A DNA stretch of 32,000 nt. It comes from Halalkalibacterium halodurans. Its GTDB lineage: Bacteria > Bacillota > Bacilli > Bacillales > Bacillaceae_D. Of this stretch, positions 19,881 through 27,429 are shown one piece after another. Every line of letters begins with the position of its first letter. Positions within the stretch are counted from its first letter, which is position 1. The notes under the pieces are model-generated. The model saw only the letters and a list, made by a program, of their open reading frames with translations, searched no databases and was not told where the DNA came from. The stretch spans positions 49,941-81,940 of the forward strand of contig NZ_SNUY01000011.1 of assembly GCF_004376175.1 (NCBI RefSeq), in the 5' to 3' direction. The position numbers and the translations under genes are program-made.

Positions 19881-20946
19881 TGGATTGACCTATAACGAGG
19901 TCATGGAACTCCTGCAGTCCCAGACATTTGAAGAGATCATGGAACGTATGCTCGATCGTGTTCCTGCCGACATTGATAAAAGAGAGAACAGCGTCATTTG
20001 GAACGCGTTGGCTCCTGCAGCTGCCGAATTAGCTCAAGCCTACACGTGGCTTGAATCTAGTTTTAATCTAGTTTTCGCTGATACGGCACAAGGGGAATTT
20101 CTTGATCGTCGGGCCGCAGAGTTTGGGATTGTTCGGCATCAGGCTACCCCTGCTGTTTGGCAAGGGATTTTTAATATTCAAGTTCCTGTCGGCTCACGTT
20201 TTTACGTGGAGCCGCTTTATTTTGTTGCCCGCTCCAACAATTTATTGGAGTGCGAAACACCGGGAGAAGAAGGAAATGCCAATTTAACAGGGAGAGAGCT
20301 CCAACCACTTGATACCATACCAGGATTAACGGAGGCAAGGATGGGGGAAAGGCTCATACCAGGGCGAGATGAAGAAGATGATCAATCTTTCTACCAACGT
20401 TACCTCGTCCGTGTGCGCCGTGAAGCTGTGAGTGCTAATAAGGCACATTACAAACAGTGGGCCGAAGAAGTTCCTGGCGTAGGGAGAGCAAAGGTGTTTC
20501 CTTTATGGGCAGGAGAAGGAACTGTCAAAGTAGTTATTACGGATGCACAAATGCAGCCGGCCACGACTGAATTAATCCAAGAAGTACAAGATTACATTGA
20601 TCCTACCCCTGGACAAGGCGAAGGCCAAGCCCCGATCGGTTGTACTTTAACAGTAGAGAGTGCTGTTTGGTCAGAAATTAATATTTCTGCAGATGTCACC
20701 CCTTCATCTGGCTTCACGATCGCGGACTGTGAAGAAGAGGTTAGGGGTTCGATTGAGCGATTATTTAAAGAAATTGCGTTTGAGGAGAACGTTATTAGAT
20801 TGGGGCTGATTAACAATATTCTCTTTAATGCTAACTCTGTATTGGATTATTCGAATGTCCTCATCAATGGGCAACCCGAAAGCTTAGAACTTTCAGATGA
20901 AGAGCTTCCGAAGTTAGGGGCGGTGATACTCAATGAGCAAGTTTGA
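19867..20946 (+). CDS. Baseplate J-like protein (XkdT type)
   Basis: 359 aa, overlaps its neighbours, baseplate J-like size and position. Confidence 0.85.
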   Translation: MPQLSGLTYNEVMELLQSQTFEEIMERMLDRVPADIDKRENSVIWNALAPAAAELAQAYTWLESSFNLVFADTAQGEFLDRRAAEFGIVRHQATPAVWQGIFNIQVPVGSRFYVEPLYFVARSNNLLECETPGEEGNANLTGRELQPLDTIPGLTEARMGERLIPGRDEEDDQSFYQRYLVRVRREAVSANKAHYKQWAEEVPGVGRAKVFPLWAGEGTVKVVITDAQMQPATTELIQEVQDYIDPTPGQGEGQAPIGCTLTVESAVWSEINISADVTPSSGFTIADCEEEVRGSIERLFKEIAFEENVIRLGLINNILFNANSVLDYSNVLINGQPESLELSDEELPKLGAVILNEQV

Positions 20947-21511
20947 GGAAATGAGTGATTACTTGCCACTGTTTTTTGCTAGGTTGCGAGAAATGCAAGA
21001 AATACTCTCAACTGAAGCAAAAGAAATGGAAGACCAGCAACAACTCATTTTTGATGTAACTGATCAACTTTTTATAACAACGGCAACATGGGGACTGGAA
21101 CGTTGGGAAAAACTTCTTAATGTTGAACGGGAGTCTAGTGACAATTTAGAGATGCGAAGAGCTCGACTGATTAATAAGATATCTAACATTCCCCCAGCCA
21201 ATTACCGTGCACTAGAACGGGCAGTAAATAGGTTTTTGAAGAATCCATCTGCTCAAGTGCGTTTAATGGAAGGACATTACAAATTTAGCGTAGATGTTGA
21301 TATTGATGACTTGCAGCATGTCCGACTTATTGTCGAGACACTTGAAAATATGAAGCCGGCACATTTGGCCTACGTTTTGCGGCCAGCGCTTAACGAGCGT
21401 ATACGTATCAAGAATACCGTCACCCTTAATCTTCGTCGGTATAGACGTGTCAGGGAATTACGGGTAGGACTCTCCGTAACTCTTGATAATAACGAGGTGG
21501 TGCTGAGATGA
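20933..21511 (+). CDS. Baseplate/tail-fibre-attachment protein (XkdU / DUF2313 type)
   Basis: N-terminus [16 protein letters not shown]...[13 protein letters not shown] is typical of the XkdU/YmfQ family. Confidence 0.8.
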   Translation: MSKFEEMSDYLPLFFARLREMQEILSTEAKEMEDQQQLIFDVTDQLFITTATWGLERWEKLLNVERESSDNLEMRRARLINKISNIPPANYRALERAVNRFLKNPSAQVRLMEGHYKFSVDVDIDDLQHVRLIVETLENMKPAHLAYVLRPALNERIRIKNTVTLNLRRYRRVRELRVGLSVTLDNNEVVLR

Positions 21512-21780
21512 ATCAGCAATATTTAGAACGAGTCGCTCAAGATTTGCTAGAACGTATAACATCCGCAAAGTTGAATGGTCAAGAGGTGCCAATTGTATCC
21601 AAGGAGAGAGGAGGGACAATAATAACGGTGATGACAGGTAGAGTTGAGGACCAAAAAAAAGCAGAACATATTGCCCTCTACGATGAACAAGGTGGAGTGA
21701 TTACAGAGCGTTTTTCCAACCTCGATGTAAGTGCAAACCGATCACTAGATTTTAGATTTGAATTTGAGGTGACAAGCTGA
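21508..21780 (+). CDS. Small protein in the XkzA position
   Basis: 90 aa, ATGA-coupled on both sides. Confidence 0.55.
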   Translation: MNQQYLERVAQDLLERITSAKLNGQEVPIVSKERGGTIITVMTGRVEDQKKAEHIALYDEQGGVITERFSNLDVSANRSLDFRFEFEVTS

Positions 21781-24047
21781 TGGCAGACTATAATCCAAAA
21801 ACAAATTGGTTGCCAGATGACCCCATAACTGAGGACGATTTAAACCGGATAGAGAAGGGTATTAAAGACGCAAACGACGATATAAATAACCACAAATTGC
21901 AAACCAATAACCCCCATAGGGTAACGAAAGCACAAGTCGGTCTTGGGAGCGTTGATAATGTAAGACAAGCATCCAAGCAAGAGTTTGATGCACATAAAAA
22001 TGACAAGGCCAATCCCCATGGAGTAACAAAATCTCAAGTGGGATTGGGGAATGTAGATAACTTGAAGCAAGCGACAAAAGAGGAGTTCGACGCTCATAAA
22101 AATAACACGAATAATCCCCATGATGTGACGTCCGAACAGGTGAACTTAAAAACGATAGGTTGGGCAGCAGATACACCATATGATCAATTACCTAAAGGTA
22201 TGACAGTTACACAGATTCCTACTAGTTCTGGTTATCCTCTCAGTAACGGAACATTGATAACTAATAATGTTTCAGAGTTTAGATGTAACCAAATTTTATT
22301 TTCTCATAGTAAAACCGTAGGGGTTAGGATGCTTTTCAGAGTTTATCACCACGATGCAGGTTGGTCCGAATGGAAAGAGGTTTCCGCCACAGATGGCGAC
22401 TATACTAACCTTCGAGCAAGGGCAACGACTAAGGCAGATGTTGGTCTTGGTAATGTCGAGAATTACGGTATAGCAACTCAAGCAGAAGCAGAGGCGGGTA
22501 CATCAAACACAAAATACATGACTCCTCAGAGGACAAAACAAGCTGTTGATAAAGGTACCGCCCCTCTAAATCAAAATATAACAACAGTAGGTACCACTTT
22601 ATTAAATCATATAGATAACAAAAATAATCCACATGGGGTGACATCTCACCAAGTAAACCGTATAGCAACTGGTTGGCCAGCAAATACACCATATGATGAA
22701 TTACCGACAGGAATTACGGTTACTCAGGTGCCTAGCAATTCAGGATACCCTATTAGTATCGGTACATTAATTACAAATAACGTCACGCAACATAGATGTA
22801 CTCAATTGTTTTTTCACCCTAGCACACTTACTCGAATGTGGTTTCGTATCTATCATAGCGAACACGGTTGGACTAGCTGGGCAGAAATAGAAACTACGGC
22901 GGGGGCGCAAACAAAGGCAGATCAGGCCGAAACAAACGCCAAGAATGCTAGTCTACCTAGAACGGGAGGATTCGTCGATGGGCAGATTATAAGGCAAACG
23001 GATGGTGGGTTTCATACAGTGTATCAAATCGTCGGGATTCCAGACCAAGGTGGTAATCAACAGTATTTAGTGTTAGCTCCGTTAAACAACACTCCGAAAA
23101 GGCTGAACGGGGTGTTTTTCGGTCAACGCACAAATGGATCTAGTAACTATACGAGTGATATGATCATGGTTTCTTTTGGACAAGGCAACTCTGGAAGCCA
23201 TAGAGCATCATATCAAGCTTTAAGGACGCAAAATGTTTATGATAACGGATCTATATATGACCTTCGTATGGTTACGCTAACTTATGATGGTCAACAGCAT
23301 ATTGCTTTACTGATTCCGCGAGAATTTGGAGTCTATCAAAATGTCGTTTTTCATGGGTATAGAAGAGGAGTAAACCCTTTTATTGTTGGAGATAGTGAAG
23401 TGTCAAATGTAGCTGACTATACAGAGTTCTCGCCAATAGAAGGAAACAATGGTGTTATATCAAACATATTGAGGAACAACCGATGGGGGATGGAAGTTAG
23501 TCCTAATTCTTATCCAGTTGGAGTTACTGCTTTTATGGTTTCTGGTACTGGATGGAACATGCCCAGGGTAGGTTTTGTTAGCGGTACAGTTGAAACAATA
23601 AAAACTAATAATCTAAGAGTGACTCAACATTTTTATAGGATAGGACACGCCTATAATAACAGGCAGTGTTTCACTCGACATGGGTATGACGGTACTTGGT
23701 CTCCTTGGAGTGAGAATGTTTACGTTATAGAAGTAGGAGAAAACGTAAACGGAAGCTATATTAGGTATTCAAATGGCATGCAGGAATGCTTTTTCCGCAT
23801 TCCTGCAGATGGATCATTAAATACCGATGGAGTGACCCACTATCCTATGCCAGCTTCTTTTGTAGAGATTTATTTTGCTGACGGCGTAATTTCTTCTTCG
23901 GTTGCTACCGCAAGGAGAGCTTTAATGGGGAATTGGAGTGTCCATGGAGATGATTATGATAGATGGAGTGTGCGTGTTAATGCCGATGTATCCAGTTCTG
24001 CCAACCTAAACAGATGTTACTTGAGCGCATATGGGAGGTGGAGATAG
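21780..24047 (+). CDS. Tail fibre / receptor-binding protein (XkdV position) with collar repeats and three knob-like modules
   Basis: NPH-x-VT-x-x-QVGLG-x-V-D-N repeats; the A-x-x-EAEAGTSNTKYMTPQRT fibre motif; two clearly paralogous GW...TPYD-LP-G-TVTQ-P...W-x-W modules plus a third degenerate one. Confidence 0.85.
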   Translation: MADYNPKTNWLPDDPITEDDLNRIEKGIKDANDDINNHKLQTNNPHRVTKAQVGLGSVDNVRQASKQEFDAHKNDKANPHGVTKSQVGLGNVDNLKQATKEEFDAHKNNTNNPHDVTSEQVNLKTIGWAADTPYDQLPKGMTVTQIPTSSGYPLSNGTLITNNVSEFRCNQILFSHSKTVGVRMLFRVYHHDAGWSEWKEVSATDGDYTNLRARATTKADVGLGNVENYGIATQAEAEAGTSNTKYMTPQRTKQAVDKGTAPLNQNITTVGTTLLNHIDNKNNPHGVTSHQVNRIATGWPANTPYDELPTGITVTQVPSNSGYPISIGTLITNNVTQHRCTQLFFHPSTLTRMWFRIYHSEHGWTSWAEIETTAGAQTKADQAETNAKNASLPRTGGFVDGQIIRQTDGGFHTVYQIVGIPDQGGNQQYLVLAPLNNTPKRLNGVFFGQRTNGSSNYTSDMIMVSFGQGNSGSHRASYQALRTQNVYDNGSIYDLRMVTLTYDGQQHIALLIPREFGVYQNVVFHGYRRGVNPFIVGDSEVSNVADYTEFSPIEGNNGVISNILRNNRWGMEVSPNSYPVGVTAFMVSGTGWNMPRVGFVSGTVETIKTNNLRVTQHFYRIGHAYNNRQCFTRHGYDGTWSPWSENVYVIEVGENVNGSYIRYSNGMQECFFRIPADGSLNTDGVTHYPMPASFVEIYFADGVISSSVATARRALMGNWSVHGDDYDRWSVRVNADVSSSANLNRCYLSAYGRWR
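21909..22140 (+). repeat. 102-nt (34-codon) tandem repeats in the tail-fibre N-terminus
   Basis: NPHRVTKAQVGLGSVDNVRQASKQEFDAHKNDKA / NPHGVTKSQVGLGNVDNLKQATKEEFDAHKNNTN / NPHDVTSEQV... Confidence 0.85.
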
Positions 24048-24334
24048 TGCGCGTTAAATTAAGTCCTATACGTAGCGACAAACAAATCAATTACACATTT
24101 GGTCATGACTCGTTCGAGTTTCAGGTCACGGGAGATGGCAATACAATCGAACAACAAGGGGTGTATGATCTTTCATCTTTTACTGATGATGGTTCTCTAG
24201 AGGACCCCCCATTTCCGATTATACAAGGATACCGAGAGGACGGCACCTTGTATCTGGAGCTCATCAATTTCTATCAATCTGATGCGCCTGAGTCAGTTCT
24301 TTTCCCCAAATGGGAGGAGGTGAACAAATCTTGA
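24047..24334 (+). CDS. Small protein in the XkdW position (possible fibre-associated protein)
   Basis: Start set at GTG 24047 (TAGTG overlap with the fibre stop) after GGGAGGTGGAG. 95 aa. Confidence 0.55.
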   Translation: MRVKLSPIRSDKQINYTFGHDSFEFQVTGDGNTIEQQGVYDLSSFTDDGSLEDPPFPIIQGYREDGTLYLELINFYQSDAPESVLFPKWEEVNKS

Positions 24335-24552
24335 GCCAGCTGAAGTGGAAGACGAAAGCGGAGAAAGAAAATGAAAGAGCAGAAGTGGCGCAAGAGAAGA
24401 ATCGGAGGGAACAGCTTCCTGATACCGTTGAACAGCTTGGTCAATCACTGACAGATAGTGAGATTATTGCAATGCATCAAGGACAAACGATTACTGACTT
24501 AGAACTAAAAGTGTTAATGCTGGAGGCGAAGCTAAATGAGTCCAATGTTTGA
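24331..24552 (+). CDS. Hypothetical coiled-coil protein
   Basis: TTG 24331 after GGGAGGAGGTGA. The upstream part of the track ORF overlaps the preceding gene. Confidence 0.5.
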   Translation: MSQLKWKTKAEKENERAEVAQEKNRREQLPDTVEQLGQSLTDSEIIAMHQGQTITDLELKVLMLEAKLNESNV

Positions 24553-24673
24553 AACCTTAAAAGAACGTTTTTTGAAAAACTGGTGCCGAAAGGATCAGTT
24601 AAAGCAATTTGTCCAGTTGGGAGCAATCACAGCTGATGAATACAAGGAAATTACCGGTGAAGATTTTAAATAG
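24536..24673 (+). CDS. XkdX-family small protein (45 aa; not in the ORF track)
   Basis: GGAGG 9 nt upstream. The translation MSPMFETLKERFLKNWCRKDQLKQFVQLGAITADEYKEITGEDFK carries the family's characteristic I-T-x-x-E-Y-K-E-I-T-G ending. Confidence 0.85.
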   Translation: MSPMFETLKERFLKNWCRKDQLKQFVQLGAITADEYKEITGEDFK

Positions 24674-24690
24674 AGAAGGGAGGAGAGAAA

Positions 24691-24933
24691 GTGAAAGTTT
24701 GGCTCATTTATATTGATGAAAATGGAAAGGAAAAGGTTGTGAAAGAAGAACAAGAGAGAATCGCAATTCGTTTTTGTAGCAATGTCATGAGTGGCTTTCA
24801 TCCAGGCGTTGTTATTAAGAATATTTTTCTTGTAGATTGTGCTCAAAAAACTTTTACAGAGTTGGAAACTCTTGTTGCTGGGCCGCCGTTGTCTGGCGAG
24901 TCATTACAATTCAAAGAAAAGGCTTCAGAATAA
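24691..24933 (+). CDS. Hypothetical 80-aa protein occupying the slot held by XepA in PBSX
   Basis: GTG start 6 nt after GGGAGGAG. I recognise no family. Confidence 0.5.
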   Translation: MKVWLIYIDENGKEKVVKEEQERIAIRFCSNVMSGFHPGVVIKNIFLVDCAQKTFTELETLVAGPPLSGESLQFKEKASE

Positions 24934-24977
24934 GTCCGGTAAGGGCTTTTTTATTTTGGTTGAAAGTAGGTGATGTT

Positions 24978-25274
24978 TTGTCTATCGAGATTGGTCTTTT
25001 AGTTGCTATAAGTGGTTTGGTTATAAGTTATTTGGCTTATCAGTTTAACCGCACAAAATCGATTAAAACGGATAGTAGCCAGAGTGCAAGTCAAAACGCC
25101 CAAATTAAGGCGCAACTTGACTATATCGGCAAAGGAGTGGATGAGATAAGGATTGATCAAAAGGCAACGGAAAAACACATGGTTTTATTAAATGAACGAG
25201 TCACGCGCGTTGAAGAATCGGCAAAACAAGCACATAAACGCTTGGATAAATACGAAAAAAGGGAGTTGGTTTAA
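24978..25274 (+). CDS. Membrane-anchored coiled-coil lysis-cassette protein (XhlA/BhlA-like role)
   Basis: Start moved to TTG 24978. It has an N-terminal TM (IEIGLLVAISGLVISYLAY) followed by a coiled coil, directly upstream of the holin. Confidence 0.6.
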   Translation: MSIEIGLLVAISGLVISYLAYQFNRTKSIKTDSSQSASQNAQIKAQLDYIGKGVDEIRIDQKATEKHMVLLNERVTRVEESAKQAHKRLDKYEKRELV

Positions 25275-25276
25275 AA

Positions 25277-25504
25277 ATGATGTTTGATACAGGAAGCATT
25301 GCGCGTTTTTTCGGTTTGATTGCTGCACTATTGGCGTATTTCGGGGTAAATGTGCCAGAGGATTTAACAGAGGCGGTTACTAGTTTTGTTGTTGCCGCTC
25401 TAGCAGTTTACGCTGCATGGAAAAACAACTATATCAGCAAAAAAGGGCATGAACAAAAGAAAGTTTTAGAGGAAGCTGGTCTAAAGAAAGGGGAGATCGA
25501 GTAA
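25277..25504 (+). CDS. Holin (XhlB / SPP1 holin family)
   Basis: Two TM segments. The motif AAWKNNYISKKG matches the XhlB-type W-x-K-N-N-Y-x-T/S-x-K-G signature. Confidence 0.85.
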   Translation: MMFDTGSIARFFGLIAALLAYFGVNVPEDLTEAVTSFVVAALAVYAAWKNNYISKKGHEQKKVLEEAGLKKGEIE

Positions 25505-26670
25505 TGGGATATAGATTCGAGAAACTTTCACAGTTATCCGATCAACGGAACCGATTAAGAAAAAAGGGGAATTATTCAAAACGTACACAGCCTATCACTG
25601 TTCGTGCTTGGCATCATTCTTTGACTAAAAAACATTCTGCAGGTTCGACCGCTGCCGGATTTGCAAATTATCATGTGGGGTCTTTAGGATGGCCTGGTAT
25701 TGGCTATACGTTTGTGATCGAACCACAAAATATAGTAAATACACCAAACGGTAAGCGGGCAAGAATTGTATATTGCCATGACATTGATCGTCGTACTTAT
25801 CATGTTGGTAACAGCAACTCATTTGCATTAGGTATTTGTGTTGCAGGCGACTATCGAACTGAACAGCTAGATCAACCGACCTTAGCGTCAATTGCAGATT
25901 TACACTCGGCGTTAGTAGCCGACAAGATCGGAAGTAGTGACAAATCACACCACGAATTTCCGGGATACGCTTGGAAACAGTGTTGCACATTTGATTATAA
26001 AAAGGCATTTAAGGCACAGTCGCCGTCTGATCAAACCAACACAAAACCTCCAGCCACTGTACCTTCAACGTACACGATTCAAGAAGGAGATACATTCTGG
26101 AGCATCGCCCATAAAAATAGCGCAACTGGAGTAACAGTGGAAGGTTTGATTAAAGCCAACCCTGGAGTTGATCCAACTAAACTTAAAGTTGGCCAAGTCA
26201 TCAATTTTAATACAAAAGCTAGTAAGTCAAACAACGAACACAAACAATCCCAATCTGGTGCTTCTAAGGCTAAACCAAGTGGTGACCCATATGTACGTAA
26301 TATCCAACAGTTTGTAAACAGCTATGGATTCAGCATTGCGGTTGACGGGATCGCGGGACCGCAGACGATGAGAGGTCTGGTGCGAGTTTTGCAAACGGAG
26401 CTCAATAAACAATTTGGGCGCGGTCTTGTCGTTGATGGCATCTTTGGCCCACGAACACGGGCGGCATTAGTCAATGTGAGAGCAGGGGCACGCGGCAACC
26501 TCACTCGTGTATTACAGGCTTTGCTGTACATCAAGGGCTATGATGTTGGCCCATTTGACGGCATCTTTGGCGGAAAAACAGAGACGGCTGTAAGATCGTT
26601 TCAGCGCGCAAACAGGTTGACCGTGGATGGGATTGTCGGCCCTCAAACTTGGGCGGCATTACTTAGTTGA
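25504..26670 (+). CDS. Endolysin: N-acetylmuramoyl-L-alanine amidase (Amidase_2/PGRP) + LysM + PG-binding repeats
   Basis: Amidase core: GWPGIGYTFVIEP...YHVGNSN...GICVAGDY. LysM: YTIQEGDTFWSIA...VGQVINF. PG_binding_1-like repeats: VDGIAGPQT, VDGIFGPRT, VDGIVGPQTWAAL. Confidence 0.95.
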   Translation: MGYRFEKLSQLSDQRNRLRKKGNYSKRTQPITVRAWHHSLTKKHSAGSTAAGFANYHVGSLGWPGIGYTFVIEPQNIVNTPNGKRARIVYCHDIDRRTYHVGNSNSFALGICVAGDYRTEQLDQPTLASIADLHSALVADKIGSSDKSHHEFPGYAWKQCCTFDYKKAFKAQSPSDQTNTKPPATVPSTYTIQEGDTFWSIAHKNSATGVTVEGLIKANPGVDPTKLKVGQVINFNTKASKSNNEHKQSQSGASKAKPSGDPYVRNIQQFVNSYGFSIAVDGIAGPQTMRGLVRVLQTELNKQFGRGLVVDGIFGPRTRAALVNVRAGARGNLTRVLQALLYIKGYDVGPFDGIFGGKTETAVRSFQRANRLTVDGIVGPQTWAALLS

Positions 26671-26674
26671 AAAA

Positions 26675-26697
26675 AGCCCTCACGTTTTGCGGGGGCT
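26675..26697 (-). terminator. Hairpin whose T-tract lies on the minus strand, abutting the endolysin stop
   Basis: 26675-26681 pairs with 26691-26697 (AGCCCTC / GGGGGCT, one G-U pair). On the minus strand it is followed by TTTTT; on the plus strand only CTCTTGAC follows. Confidence 0.5.
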
Positions 26698-26796
26698 CTT
26701 GACTCACTGTAAATCATATGCTATCTTTTAAACAAGGTCGCGCCCGATACGGACGCGTGGATTGAAATAGTAACTATATAATAGGTTATCACGAAG

Positions 26797-26826
26797 CCCC
26801 TGCTCATTGAGCGGGGGTTTTGTCTG
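26797..26826 (+). terminator. Strong plus-strand intrinsic terminator (probable end of the lysis transcript and/or of a short RNA)
   Basis: CCCCTGCTC 26797-26805 pairs with GAGCGGGGG 26809-26817 (3-nt loop, one G-U pair), followed by TTTTGTCTGCTTCTTT. Confidence 0.8.
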
Positions 26827-26850
26827 CTTCTTTGAATATCTAATTTAATA

Positions 26851-26871
26851 GGGAGGGGCTTTGCCCCTCCC
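26851..26871. terminator. Perfect 9-bp GC hairpin just beyond the stop of the 69-aa gene
   Basis: GGGAGGGGC-TTT-GCCCCTCCC. The flanking U-tracts are weak on both strands. Confidence 0.5.
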
Positions 26872-26874
26872 GAT

Positions 26875-27084
26875 TTAAGCGTTGGTAGTGTTAAGGTAAT
26901 GATACTCAAATCCGTATTCTGTTTCCTTTTCTTCGTACCAGTGAGCATAGCGTAATCCTTGCTCGTTTTCCGCTTCTACCTTTTCTTGCATGTCGATCCC
27001 TGCTTCAATTGCGAGGTCGCTAGATATTACCTCACCAGGGCATCCTACATTGTCACTGTAAACTACATAAATCTTTTCCATCAT
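26875..27084 (-). CDS. Small acidic protein of unknown function (69 aa)
   Basis: GGAG RBS and its own operator-bearing promoter. The sequence is rich in E/D/Y (MMEKIYVVYSDNVGCPGEV...EKETEYGFEYHYL). Confidence 0.65.
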   Translation of the reverse strand: MMEKIYVVYSDNVGCPGEVISSDLAIEAGIDMQEKVEAENEQGLRYAHWYEEKETEYGFEYHYLNTTNA

Positions 27085-27149
27085 TTTTTCTCCATCCCTT
27101 CACCTCATCCGGTATCTCCGGCTTGTTGGATTATTTTATGTCTTCCCTT

Positions 27150-27190
27150 GCTGTTATTTATAATATATCATAGAAATAACAGCATGTAAA
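27150..27190 (-). promoter_or_regulatory. Sigma-A-type promoter with an overlapping 10-bp palindromic operator
   Basis: Minus strand: TTTACA (27190-27185), N17, TGaTATATT (-10 at 27167-27162). The inverted repeat GCTGTTATTT 27150-27159 / AAATAACAGC 27174-27183 spans the -10 and the start site. Confidence 0.6.
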
Positions 27191-27204
27191 TAGTTATATG
27201 AAAA

Positions 27205-27429
27205 TTAATTTTGTTTTTTAAAAGTTTTTTTGTTACGTGCGTATTCTTCAAGGTCTGCACGTAAGTACAGCCTTGTTTTGCGCACCGCTCCAAACTCCAC
27301 AAAAGGCTCAATCTTTCCTGTAGCCACCGACTGATTAAAGCCGTGTACAGATTGACCCGTGATGTCTTTTGCTTCGTCCTGCATGACCAAGTTTTCTTTT
27401 ATCCATTTCCTTACTTCTTCTTTATTCAT
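27205..27429 (-). CDS. Xis/MerR-like helix-turn-helix protein (74 aa)
   Basis: Start at the ATG at 27429, 6 nt after AAGGAGG; the track's 122-aa version overlaps the upstream gene. It forms an ATGAATAA overlap with the 213-aa gene. Motif: V-M-x-x-EA...GKIEPF...RLYLRADLEEY. Confidence 0.75.
   Translation of the reverse strand: MNKEEVRKWIKENLVMQDEAKDITGQSVHGFNQSVATGKIEPFVEFGAVRKTRLYLRADLEEYARNKKTFKKQN

Noticed and set aside
21788-22692. A cluster of minus-strand ORFs (74-105 aa) inside the tail-fibre gene
   Set aside because: They arise from the repetitive sense-strand sequence. They overlap each other in several frames and have no initiation signals.
24915-24952. A possible terminator after the 80-aa ORF (AAAAGGC...GGGCTTTTTT)
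   Set aside because: The stem has a central mismatch and a 20-nt loop. It is not convincing as an intrinsic terminator.
24837-24977. The long 145-aa version of the lysis-cassette membrane protein
   Set aside because: The upstream part overlaps the 80-aa ORF and lacks an RBS. TTG 24978 follows AAGTAGGTGA and begins exactly at the TM segment.
26721-26948. A 75-aa minus-strand ORF
   Set aside because: It runs through two terminator hairpins and overlaps the end of the 69-aa gene in another frame. Its composition is odd and it has no RBS.
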